A stretch of DNA of 60,200 nt. It comes from Candidatus Zambryskiibacteriota bacterium (lineage in GTDB: Bacteria > Patescibacteriota > Minisyncoccia > Phycocordibacterales > WO2-35-19). The position numbers and the translations under genes are program-made. Shown here in pieces: positions 46,812 to 54,890 of this stretch. The stretch covers positions 1 through 60,200 of the forward strand of contig QILQ01000011.1 in NCBI GenBank assembly GCA_003233455.1. The letters are read 5' to 3'. Position 1 is the stretch's first letter. Every line of letters starts with the position of its first letter. Below the pieces are notes generated by a model. That model did no database searches. It worked only from the letters and a program-made list of their open reading frames with translations, and was not told where the DNA came from.

Positions 46812-48026
46812 TTATTTTTTTATTAAATATTTTACCGCTCTTTCCAATACCGGATCTTTCCCGCCTTTAGTATTTTCAGCAGTTACTTTCACTTTTATGT
46901 CAGGAGTTAAACCATTATGTGAAATGGAATTGCCAAATGGAGTAAGCCAATGAGCCACCGTTACTTTGAGAGAAGTGTTGCTGGTAACAGGGACAAGTTC
47001 TTGAACCGAACCTTTGCCAAAAGTTTTACTACCGATAAGAGTGGCTTTGTTGTATTCTCTTAACGCACCAGCTAATATCTCAGAAGCGGAAGCGGAACCT
47101 CCATTCACTAAAATAACGAATTTCAACTTATTTGTGAAAATATTATAACCTTTGCTCCTATATATTTTAGGTTCTTTTTTTCCTCCAAAATCTTCAATTA
47201 CCACTGTTTTGCCGGTGGGCAAAAACCAACTGGCCATATCAAGAGCCGCTTCCAAATAGCCACCGGGATTATTGCGTAAATCCAAAACCAATTTATCGGA
47301 ACCAGATTTTATAAATTTTCGCAAAGCTCCGCGGAATAAGTTTGGAGAAGGAGCCGAGAAACTATAAAGCTCTATCACAAAAACATTGCTCGGCAAGAGT
47401 TTAGTTTTAATAGTTGGGATGTCTATATTGGCTCTAATTAAAGTTTTAACAAGCGGTTTTTTTGCTCCTTTTCTGCCAAAAGTTATAACAACGGGAGTTC
47501 CCGGTTTGCCTCTTATTTTTTTTACCGCTTCATCAACTGTCATTTTTAAAGCGGAAACTTTTCCAATCATCAATATTTTATCCCCAGCTAAAACGCCAGC
47601 CTTATCAGCAGGAGTGCTTTTAAGAGGAGCTACCACCGTAAGAAAATTATCTTTTATGGCTATTTCCATCCCAACGCCACCAAAAGAGCCGCTTATTTCT
47701 TCTTCAAAATTTTTAGCTTCAACCGGAGGAAAAAATACGGTGTAAGGGTCATTATAAGAACCGGCTAATCCTTCAATAGCACCCCAAAGTTTATCTTTAT
47801 TGCTTACCGCAAAAGTAGTGGTAGAAGCTGGAGCAAATTTATTATCAAGTATTTGCCAAGCTTTCCAAAACGGAGCCATATCCACACTCTTAGAACTGGT
47901 GGCGTTCAAAAATTGAGTGGCAACATTTTCCGAAGAAACTTTTTTACCAGCATAAAAACCCATAGTAAACAAAGCTCCGGCAATCAATATTGATATTAAG
48001 ACTTGTATGTATCTTTCATTCTTCAT
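46812..48026 (-). CDS. S41 family C-terminal processing peptidase
   Basis: PDZ segment (GVLAGDKILMIG), LVLDLRNNPGGYL, GGSASASEILAGAL, catalytic K in TFGKGSVQ. Confidence 0.9.
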   Translation of the reverse strand: MKNERYIQVLISILIAGALFTMGFYAGKKVSSENVATQFLNATSSKSVDMAPFWKAWQILDNKFAPASTTTFAVSNKDKLWGAIEGLAGSYNDPYTVFFPPVEAKNFEEEISGSFGGVGMEIAIKDNFLTVVAPLKSTPADKAGVLAGDKILMIGKVSALKMTVDEAVKKIRGKPGTPVVITFGRKGAKKPLVKTLIRANIDIPTIKTKLLPSNVFVIELYSFSAPSPNLFRGALRKFIKSGSDKLVLDLRNNPGGYLEAALDMASWFLPTGKTVVIEDFGGKKEPKIYRSKGYNIFTNKLKFVILVNGGSASASEILAGALREYNKATLIGSKTFGKGSVQELVPVTSNTSLKVTVAHWLTPFGNSISHNGLTPDIKVKVTAENTKGGKDPVLERAVKYLIKK

Positions 48027-48073
48027 TTTCTGTTATAATAATATAGCACAATTTAATTATCATTAAAAACAAA

Positions 48074-48976
48074 ATGATTACCACTCGTTCATTTATGGAT
48101 CAGACTTGGATTGATTTAAACTCTCCCACTAAAGAAGAGATTGATTCTTTGGTATTAACTCAAAATATAAATCCCATTATCGCCAAGGATTTAATAACTC
48201 CGACTCCTTCTCAATACGCTCAAGATAAAGATGAAATTATTTATGTTGTTTTACATATACCCGCTTTCAAACACTCTCACTCCGTCAGCAGTCTTCAAGA
48301 AGTGGATTTTATAATTTCCAAAGATAGTTTGATAACCACCAGATATGATTCTATTGATGCCCTTCATTATTTCGCCAAACAAATTGAAGTAAGTGAAATA
48401 TTAAATAAAGGCGAAAATTCCAATATATTTTTTGGAATGATGAAAGAAATTTACAAGTCAATGGCGGACGAGCTCGCTTACACCGAGGATTGGATGAAGC
48501 AAATAGAAGATAAAATTTTTGAGGGTCAGGAGAGAAAAATGGTTTTCGCTATTTCAAGCGTCAGTAGAAATCTTTTAAATTTTAGAAGGATAGTAGGCTC
48601 TCACGGTAATGTTTTTGAATTTCTCCGAGATACTGGTGCTAAAAAATTTGGTCAAGATTTTGGCGAACAAGCAAAAATATTGCTTGAAGAATGGCGACAA
48701 ATTATGAGAATAATAAATAATCAGATAGATTTAATCACCGAATTGAGGGAAACCAATAACTCAATGCTTTCAACCAAACAAAATGAGATAATGAAAATCT
48801 TCACCATTTTGGCTTTTGTTACTTTTCCGCTGGCTTTAATAGCTTCTATTTTTGGAATGAATACTTCTTCTATGCCAATAGTGGGTAACCATAATGATTT
48901 TTGGATAATTATGGGTATTATGTTTGTTACTAGTGTTGTTATGTTTAGTTATTTCAGATATAAAAAGTGGATATGA
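48074..48976 (+). CDS. corA: CorA family magnesium/cobalt transporter
   Basis: C-terminal two TM segments with the GMN motif (FGMNTSSMP). Confidence 0.85.
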   Translation: MITTRSFMDQTWIDLNSPTKEEIDSLVLTQNINPIIAKDLITPTPSQYAQDKDEIIYVVLHIPAFKHSHSVSSLQEVDFIISKDSLITTRYDSIDALHYFAKQIEVSEILNKGENSNIFFGMMKEIYKSMADELAYTEDWMKQIEDKIFEGQERKMVFAISSVSRNLLNFRRIVGSHGNVFEFLRDTGAKKFGQDFGEQAKILLEEWRQIMRIINNQIDLITELRETNNSMLSTKQNEIMKIFTILAFVTFPLALIASIFGMNTSSMPIVGNHNDFWIIMGIMFVTSVVMFSYFRYKKWI

Positions 48977-50415
48977 TGGATATTTATTTAAGCAATACTT
49001 TAACCGGTAAAAAAGAAAAATTCAAGCCGATAAATAAAAAAGAAGTTGGTATTTATTCTTGCGGGCCGACTGTTTATTGGAATCAACATATAGGTCATAT
49101 GTATGCTTATGTCCAGTGGGATTGTTTGGTTCGTTCTTTAAATTATCTGGGTTATAAAACAAAATGGGTTATGAACTTAACCGATGTTGGACATTTGACC
49201 GGAGACAATGAAGGCAATGCCGATACCGGCGAGGACAAAATGGAAAAAGGAGCTAAAAGAGAAGGTCTTTCTGTTTGGGAAATTGCCGATAAATATATTT
49301 TGCAATTCAAGGAAAGTTTGCGAGCTTTGAATATTAAAGAACCAGATATTTTAAGCAGAGCCACCAAACATATTGAAGAACAAATTGATTTAATAAAAAA
49401 AATTGAAAATAACGGTTTTGCCTACAAAACTAAAACGGGATTGGTTTTTGACACTGCTAAATTTCCCAAATACGCGAAGTTTGCTCACCTTAATTTAAAA
49501 GATCAAAAAGCCGGCAGTCGGGTGGAAGTGGATCTGGAGAAAAAAAAGCCTTGGGATTTTTTGCTCTGGATTACAAACCAACCGAATCATATTATGAAAT
49601 GGTCATCACCTTGGGGAGTCGGTTTTCCGGGTTGGCATATAGAATGCACCGCTATGTCCACTAAATATCTCGGTCAAACTTTTGACATTCATACTGGTGG
49701 CAAAGAACACATCGCCGTTCATCATACTAATGAAATCGCTCAAGCTTTTGGAGCTTTCAATCATCAATCGGCAAATTATTGGCTCCACAATGAATGGCTT
49801 TCGTTTAACGGTAAAAAAATAAGTAAATCTCTCGGAAATTCAATTTTAGTTTCCGATTTAAAAAATAAAGGTTTTGACCCATTATCTTTGAGATATTTAA
49901 TTATGACCAGTCATTATAAAACAGGTTTAAATTTCACTTGGGAAAGTTTAAAAGGGGCTCAAACTGCTTATTTCAAATTGAAAGAAATTTTTGTCAATCT
50001 AAAAAATGAAGTATCAAGGGAAGTGTCAAGGGTTCCCCTTGACACTTTTAACAAATACAAAAAAGAATTCGCACAAGCTTTGGCGGATGATTTGAATGTA
50101 GCTAAAGCCATCGGATTACTCTGGCAAGTTGTAAAATTAAAAGATATAAACGCCAAAACAAAATATGAATTACTTTTAGATTTTGATAAAGTTCTCGGTT
50201 TAAGACTTTCTGAAACAGATTTACCAACGATTGAATTAACCAATGAAGAAATACCGACAAAAGTTTTAGAATTAAAAAAAGAAAGAGACACAGCCAGAAA
50301 AGAAAAAAATTGGCAAAAAAGCGATGAATTAAGAGAGCAAATTAAAAAAGAAGGTTATATTTTAGAAGATAAAAATAATGAAAGCGTTCTCAAAAAAATA
50401 TCTTCATCAATATAA
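48973..50415 (+). CDS. cysS: cysteine--tRNA ligase
   Basis: CGPTVYWNQHIGHMYAY (HIGH), KISKSLGN (KMSKS); ATGA overlap with the corA stop suggests a start at 48973 (track start is GTG at 48967). Confidence 0.93.
   Translation: MMDIYLSNTLTGKKEKFKPINKKEVGIYSCGPTVYWNQHIGHMYAYVQWDCLVRSLNYLGYKTKWVMNLTDVGHLTGDNEGNADTGEDKMEKGAKREGLSVWEIADKYILQFKESLRALNIKEPDILSRATKHIEEQIDLIKKIENNGFAYKTKTGLVFDTAKFPKYAKFAHLNLKDQKAGSRVEVDLEKKKPWDFLLWITNQPNHIMKWSSPWGVGFPGWHIECTAMSTKYLGQTFDIHTGGKEHIAVHHTNEIAQAFGAFNHQSANYWLHNEWLSFNGKKISKSLGNSILVSDLKNKGFDPLSLRYLIMTSHYKTGLNFTWESLKGAQTAYFKLKEIFVNLKNEVSREVSRVPLDTFNKYKKEFAQALADDLNVAKAIGLLWQVVKLKDINAKTKYELLLDFDKVLGLRLSETDLPTIELTNEEIPTKVLELKKERDTARKEKNWQKSDELREQIKKEGYILEDKNNESVLKKISSSI
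50023..50045. repeat. GTGTCAAGGG-TTC-CCCTTGACAC hairpin inserted in frame in cysS
   Basis: Preceded by the partial duplicate gtatcaaggga (50011-50021); encodes EVSREVSRVPLDTF. Confidence 0.8.
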
Positions 50416-50434
50416 TTTTATTTTTTTATAATAT

Positions 50435-50800
50435 CACCTCACCCCATTTAATCTTTAGTATAATATTAAGCATATCGCTTCCCCTCTCCTTACTAAGGAG
50501 AGGGGCTAGGGGTGAGGTGGTAAAATAATGGGTAGAGGGGTGAGGGTGATAAATAAAATTTTATTTTATTTAGTTTTTATTCAAAAACCTCACCCCATAT
50601 AAATTTATTACAAAGTTTGAGTTTCTCACTTCCCCTCTCCTTACTAAGGAGAGGGGCTAGGGGTGAGGTGGTAAAATAATGGGTAGAGGGAGGGGGGGTG
50701 AAGTGGTAAATAAAAGAGTAGGGGTGAGGTGGTAAAAAGAAGAGTAGGGGTGAAAGTGAAATAGTAGGTAGGGGGGGTTAGGGGTGAGGTGGTAAAATGA
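50435..50800 (+). repeat. G-rich repeat region: two 151-bp tandem units with nested hairpins, plus degenerate GGGGTGAGGTGGTAAA copies
   Basis: An identical 62-nt block occurs at 50478-50539 and 50629-50690. cacctcacccc (50435-45) pairs with ggggtgaggtg (50509-19) around the hairpin cccctctcctta-c-taaggagagggg (50481-50505). The GGGGTGAGGTGG motif recurs at about 50720 and 50780, with a variant at about 50747. Confidence 0.85.
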
Positions 50801-50809
50801 ACGCTTCAT

Positions 50810-51184
50810 TTAAAATAAATCGCTAAAAAAGTTTTTGATTTTTTGCCAAGTGGAAATTTTTAAATTTAGAACAGTGGGATTTTTTTCTCCCTCCACAATA
50901 ATAGCCACTTTCTCCCCCGCTCCCGCCACATCCAATTTTTTGCGAATCTCAAATTCAATCCCTTCTTTAGTTTTCAATTTTTTTAATAATTCTTTCAAAA
51001 ATTCGTTTCTTTTTTCCAGTTCAGATACTTTTTTTTTCATCTGGACTAAAACTTTGTCAACTCTTTTCTTTTTTTTATAAACCCCATTGACAGAATTTAA
51101 AAAAAGCGCCAATATAAAGAGCAGAGCTATAAATATAATTATCCTCTTCCACCTGCTTTCTTCCCTTTTTTTTATACCTCGCAT
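50810..51184 (-). CDS. FtsB/DivIC-like septum formation initiator
   Basis: Single TM then a coiled coil (VSELEKRNEFLKELLKKLKTKEGIEFEIRKKL). Confidence 0.65.
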   Translation of the reverse strand: MRGIKKREESRWKRIIIFIALLFILALFLNSVNGVYKKKKRVDKVLVQMKKKVSELEKRNEFLKELLKKLKTKEGIEFEIRKKLDVAGAGEKVAIIVEGEKNPTVLNLKISTWQKIKNFFSDLF

Positions 51185-51299
51185 TATGTTAATATAATAT
51201 CATGCTTTGGAGTCCAAAAGCCCGAAAAATAATAAAAATACTGTGGTTCATAATAGCCATAATTTTGATATTTGGAATGGTTCTTTTGTATATGCCATT

Positions 51300-53180
51300 T
51301 TAATTCGGCTTCATTATTTTTATAAAGACATCTTGAGGAATTCTGATTTTCCCTCTTTTTTTCATTTTCTTTTTACCTTTTTTTTGTTTCTCTCGCAATT
51401 TCATTTTACGAGTAATATCGCCCCCATACATATGTTGAGTAACATCTTTGCGAAAAGCGGAAACGGTCCGCGAGGCTATAATTTTACCCGCCGCTTTGGT
51501 CTGGATTTTAAGTTCAAACATTTGACGAGGTAAAAGTTTTTTAAGTTTGTCGGCTATGGCTTCAGCTTCTTTTTTAACAATTCTTTTTGAAACCACTCTG
51601 GCTAAAGCTGGTTCTTCTTCTCCGTTGATTAAAACGCTTAATTTAGTCACATTAGCTTCCCGCATTGCCGTTTTTTCGTATGAAAGAGAAGCATAACCTT
51701 GAGAAATACTTTTGAGCTCATTAAAAAAATCTCGCATCAATTCCCGCAATGGCATAGAAGCGTTTATTTTTGTTTTGTCATCGCCAAAACTTTCAGTAAC
51801 GCTAACCTCAGCCTCATGTTCATAAAGCAAGGGTAAAAGATTGCCCGCGTATTTAGAAAGAACTATAATATTTATCTTAACCCAAGGCTCTTCCACTTTT
51901 GCCAAAAGTTCATCTTCGGGAAAAAAAGAGGACGAGTAAATTTTTTCTTGCAGATTTTTTGCTTCTTTTTTATATTTTATATTATAAGTGATGGAAGGTT
52001 GAGTAATTATCAAAGAAAGATTAAATTCCCTTTTTAATCTCTCGGCTATAATTTCAAGATGGAGCATTCCTAAAAAACCGCACCTAAAACCCTTACCTAA
52101 AACACTTGAAACCTCTTCTTCATAATGAAGAGAGGAGTCGGTTAATTTAAGTCTGGCTAAAGATTGTCTCAGTAATACTAAATCATTTTGGTCTTCGGGA
52201 AAAATAGAAGCCCAAACAACCGGCTTCGGCACACTATAACCCGACAATGCAACAGCGATTTCTTTTTCTTTGCCGATAGTATCCCCAACCGAAACGATAC
52301 CCGGAGTTTTAATACCGGTTACAATATACCCTATTTCTCCCGCCCAAAGTCCAACTTTGGGCTTTTCCTCTGGAGTAAAAATACCGACTTCCAAAGAAAT
52401 AAACTTTTGGTCGGCTATTCTAAAAATCAAATTTTCTCTGGCAGACACTTTTCCTTTCATTATCCTGACAAAAACAATAATACCTCTATGAATTGAATAT
52501 TTAAAATCAAAAACCAAAGCTTGGAAAGGTTCTTGTTGCCAAGGGTCACCCTTGAACTGCCCCTGCCCCAAAGGGTGACCCTTGGCAACATTAGGCCCGG
52601 GGATTTTTTCTACAATGGCGATTAAAAGATTTTCTACTCCAAATCCGGTTTTGCCAGAAGTCTCTATTATATCTTCTTCTTTACAACCTATGAGCGAAAT
52701 TATTTCTTCTTTTATTTCATCCACTCTAGCCAAAGGAGAATCCACTTTGCTCAAAGCCGGTATAATAACTAAATCTTGTTCTTTAGCCATAGCTAAAACC
52801 GAGAGAGTCTGAGCTTCCACACCTTGAGTAGCATCAACCAAAAGGACTACCCCCTCCACCGCCCTGAGAGCTCTGGAAACTTCATAAGAAAAATCAATAT
52901 GACCTGGAGTATCTATCAGATTCAGAACATACTGTTCTGAATCTGAAATTTTCAATTTAGAATTTTCAATTTTCAATTTTGGGGACCAAACCATTCGGAC
53001 CGGTTGCATTTTTATGGTAATACCCCGCTCTCTTTCAAGTTCCATTGAATCCAAAACTTGCTCCTTCATTTTGCGTTTTTCAATGGCACCGGTTAACTCA
53101 AGCATCCTATCGGCCAGTGTAGATTTGCCGTGGTCTATATGAGCTATAATTCCAAAATTTCTAATATTGATATTTTCCAT
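51300..53180 (-). CDS. lepA: elongation factor 4 (LepA)
   Basis: IRNFGIIAHIDHGKSTLADR, NLIDTPGH, LepA C-terminal domain; carries at least three palindromic segments. Confidence 0.95.
   Translation of the reverse strand: MENINIRNFGIIAHIDHGKSTLADRMLELTGAIEKRKMKEQVLDSMELERERGITIKMQPVRMVWSPKLKIENSKLKISDSEQYVLNLIDTPGHIDFSYEVSRALRAVEGVVLLVDATQGVEAQTLSVLAMAKEQDLVIIPALSKVDSPLARVDEIKEEIISLIGCKEEDIIETSGKTGFGVENLLIAIVEKIPGPNVAKGHPLGQGQFKGDPWQQEPFQALVFDFKYSIHRGIIVFVRIMKGKVSARENLIFRIADQKFISLEVGIFTPEEKPKVGLWAGEIGYIVTGIKTPGIVSVGDTIGKEKEIAVALSGYSVPKPVVWASIFPEDQNDLVLLRQSLARLKLTDSSLHYEEEVSSVLGKGFRCGFLGMLHLEIIAERLKREFNLSLIITQPSITYNIKYKKEAKNLQEKIYSSSFFPEDELLAKVEEPWVKINIIVLSKYAGNLLPLLYEHEAEVSVTESFGDDKTKINASMPLRELMRDFFNELKSISQGYASLSYEKTAMREANVTKLSVLINGEEEPALARVVSKRIVKKEAEAIADKLKKLLPRQMFELKIQTKAAGKIIASRTVSAFRKDVTQHMYGGDITRKMKLREKQKKGKKKMKKRGKIRIPQDVFIKIMKPN
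52341..52363. repeat. (C)GCCCAAAGTCCAACTTTGGGCT hairpin in frame in lepA
   Basis: Same family as 21500 and 9789; read on the minus strand as KPKVGLWA. Confidence 0.85.
52535..52587. repeat. 53-bp palindrome in lepA: 18-bp perfect inverted arms ttgccaagggtcaccctt / aagggtgacccttggcaa, 17-nt spacer
   Basis: Each arm itself contains an AAGGG-TCA/TGA-CCCTT mini-hairpin; encodes the extra loop NVAKGHPLGQGQFKGDPWQQ. Confidence 0.85.
52919..52943. repeat. 25-bp palindrome gattcagaac-atact-gttctgaatc in lepA, next to an aattttc tandem tract
   Basis: 10-bp perfect arms. One arm encodes conserved VLNL (upstream of DTPGH) and the other encodes non-conserved DSEQ. The adjacent KLKIENSKLKI looks like extra sequence. 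Confidence 0.6.
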
Positions 53181-53188
53181 TTTATTTT

Positions 53189-54832
53189 CTAAGGGGAGGC
53201 CTTAGGATTTTTAAATTTGTTTATAATTTCTTTGAATTCCCTGTTGCCAGTAAAATGCAAGACCGCCACTCCCGCTCCAATACCTATCATACCAGAAACA
53301 AAAGCGTGACCGAAGACGCTTAAAAGCGAATTAAGCTCAAAAAATCCGGCAAAAAGCCGAAGCGAATAAAAAGTTGAAAATCCGATAACAAGAGAAGTGA
53401 GAATGACACTAAAAACACTGCCGACAAAATCTTCTCTGGCGATAGCTTTGGTTTTTTTATCCAAGAAAAACCAAAGTCCGGTGGCAGTAAATACTGAACC
53501 GAAAGAAAAAGAGAGTGGTAAAATAATTATTTTTGAACCGGCTAATCCTCCTATCTCAAGAAAATTCTCCAACCATGACATTGTCCCAGCCAACAAATTA
53601 AAATAAAAAAGAAAAGCTAGAGCGGAAGTAATCAAAGCGCCACCAAACCCTAAAAGAAGTGGTATTTTTGTTTTGCCCAAAGCGTAATGCGCTCTGGTTA
53701 AAAAAAGTTGGGAACTTTGAAAAATAAAAGACAGAGCGAACAAAGACATCACCGCCGCGGTTAATTTAGTGTCGGTCCAATCAAAAGCACCAGAACCCAA
53801 AACCACTCTCACAATATGAGTTCTTAAAATAATAAAAAGGGCTGAAAGTGGCAAGGTCCAAAATATTATATATCGCAAAGATTCGCCTATGTAAAGACCG
53901 CATTCCTTAATATTATTTTTAACATAATGTTCAGAAAGAGTTGGAAAAGCCGCTAAAGAGTAACTGACTCCAACAACCGAAAGCGGCACCGATTGAAGAT
54001 TAAAAGCCAGATTAAAAACAGCGACTGATCCAACGCCAAAAAAGGCGGCAACCGCGGTGAAAATAATATTGATTATTTGAGTAAACGACAAAGCTAAAGC
54101 TCTAGGAATGGCAATAAAAGCGGTTTCTTTGACTTCTTTAAAATTTATTTTAAAAGTTAGTTTGGGAATATTACCAGAAAAAATCACAAAACCGGCTGGT
54201 ATTAAAAGATGCATTGAAGCTCCGACAATTACTCCAAAAACTACCGCTATCACCCCAAAATGACTGGCTCCCAAAGCGGTGCCGGCGATGATGCCGAGAT
54301 TATAAAAGAGAGGACTCAGGGAGTAAAGCAAAAATCTTTTTTCATATTGAACAATACTGCCAAAAAAGTTTGAAAGACCGAGCAAAATTGGCGAAAGCAG
54401 TAAAATTCTTGATAATCTTATAACTTGATTTAAAATTTCGGTATCAAACCCTCTAAACAAAAAATGGGCAATTTGTGGCATAAAGAAAAAGACAACAACG
54501 CAACTGGCAATAATTAAAATTGAAAAACTGGTGAAAATTGAATCTATATAAGATTTTACCCCTTTACCGCCAGATAGAGCTTTTTTGGAAAACATTGGAA
54601 CCAAAACAGAAATTGAAACCAAAGAACCGAGAGTAACAAAAATAAAATCCGGAATTCTAAAAGCGGTATAATAAATATCCAGAGCCGTCCCAGCACCAAA
54701 ATAATGTGCCAAAAGACGGTCTCTCAAAAAAGCCAATATCTGAGAAAGGATGGAAAATCCGGCCAGCCAAAAAGCGGCTTCGTGCAAGCCGCCAATTTTA
54801 GCAGTAATAGCTTTTAAAGTTTTATGAACCAT
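53189..54832 (-). CDS. murJ: lipid II flippase MurJ
   Basis: MOP/MVF-type 14-TM profile with the N-terminal pattern LSQILAFLRDRLLAHYFGAG..DIYYTAFRIPDF. Confidence 0.9.
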   Translation of the reverse strand: MVHKTLKAITAKIGGLHEAAFWLAGFSILSQILAFLRDRLLAHYFGAGTALDIYYTAFRIPDFIFVTLGSLVSISVLVPMFSKKALSGGKGVKSYIDSIFTSFSILIIASCVVVFFFMPQIAHFLFRGFDTEILNQVIRLSRILLLSPILLGLSNFFGSIVQYEKRFLLYSLSPLFYNLGIIAGTALGASHFGVIAVVFGVIVGASMHLLIPAGFVIFSGNIPKLTFKINFKEVKETAFIAIPRALALSFTQIINIIFTAVAAFFGVGSVAVFNLAFNLQSVPLSVVGVSYSLAAFPTLSEHYVKNNIKECGLYIGESLRYIIFWTLPLSALFIILRTHIVRVVLGSGAFDWTDTKLTAAVMSLFALSFIFQSSQLFLTRAHYALGKTKIPLLLGFGGALITSALAFLFYFNLLAGTMSWLENFLEIGGLAGSKIIILPLSFSFGSVFTATGLWFFLDKKTKAIAREDFVGSVFSVILTSLVIGFSTFYSLRLFAGFFELNSLLSVFGHAFVSGMIGIGAGVAVLHFTGNREFKEIINKFKNPKASP

Positions 54833-54890
54833 TGCTTACCAGAATAACACATTCAAAAATCCCTCTCAATAATTTTATATAGTTATGAAA

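Noticed and set aside
50440-50700. Small minus-strand ORFs preceded by the SD-like AAGGAGAGGGG inside each 151-bp unit
   Set aside because: The two units give unrelated peptides (MLNIILKIKWGEVIL versus a GTG-initiated RNSNFVINLYGVRFLNKN), and the shared ggggtgagg block is read in different frames. The conservation is at nucleotide/structure level, not coding.
50435-50800. Possible CRISPR array, because of the recurring GGGGTGAGGTGGTAAA motif
   Set aside because: The motif spacing is irregular (about 151, 58, 27 and 33 bp). The repeats are embedded in a larger 151-bp tandem duplication, there are no unique spacers of uniform length, and there are no cas genes in the window.
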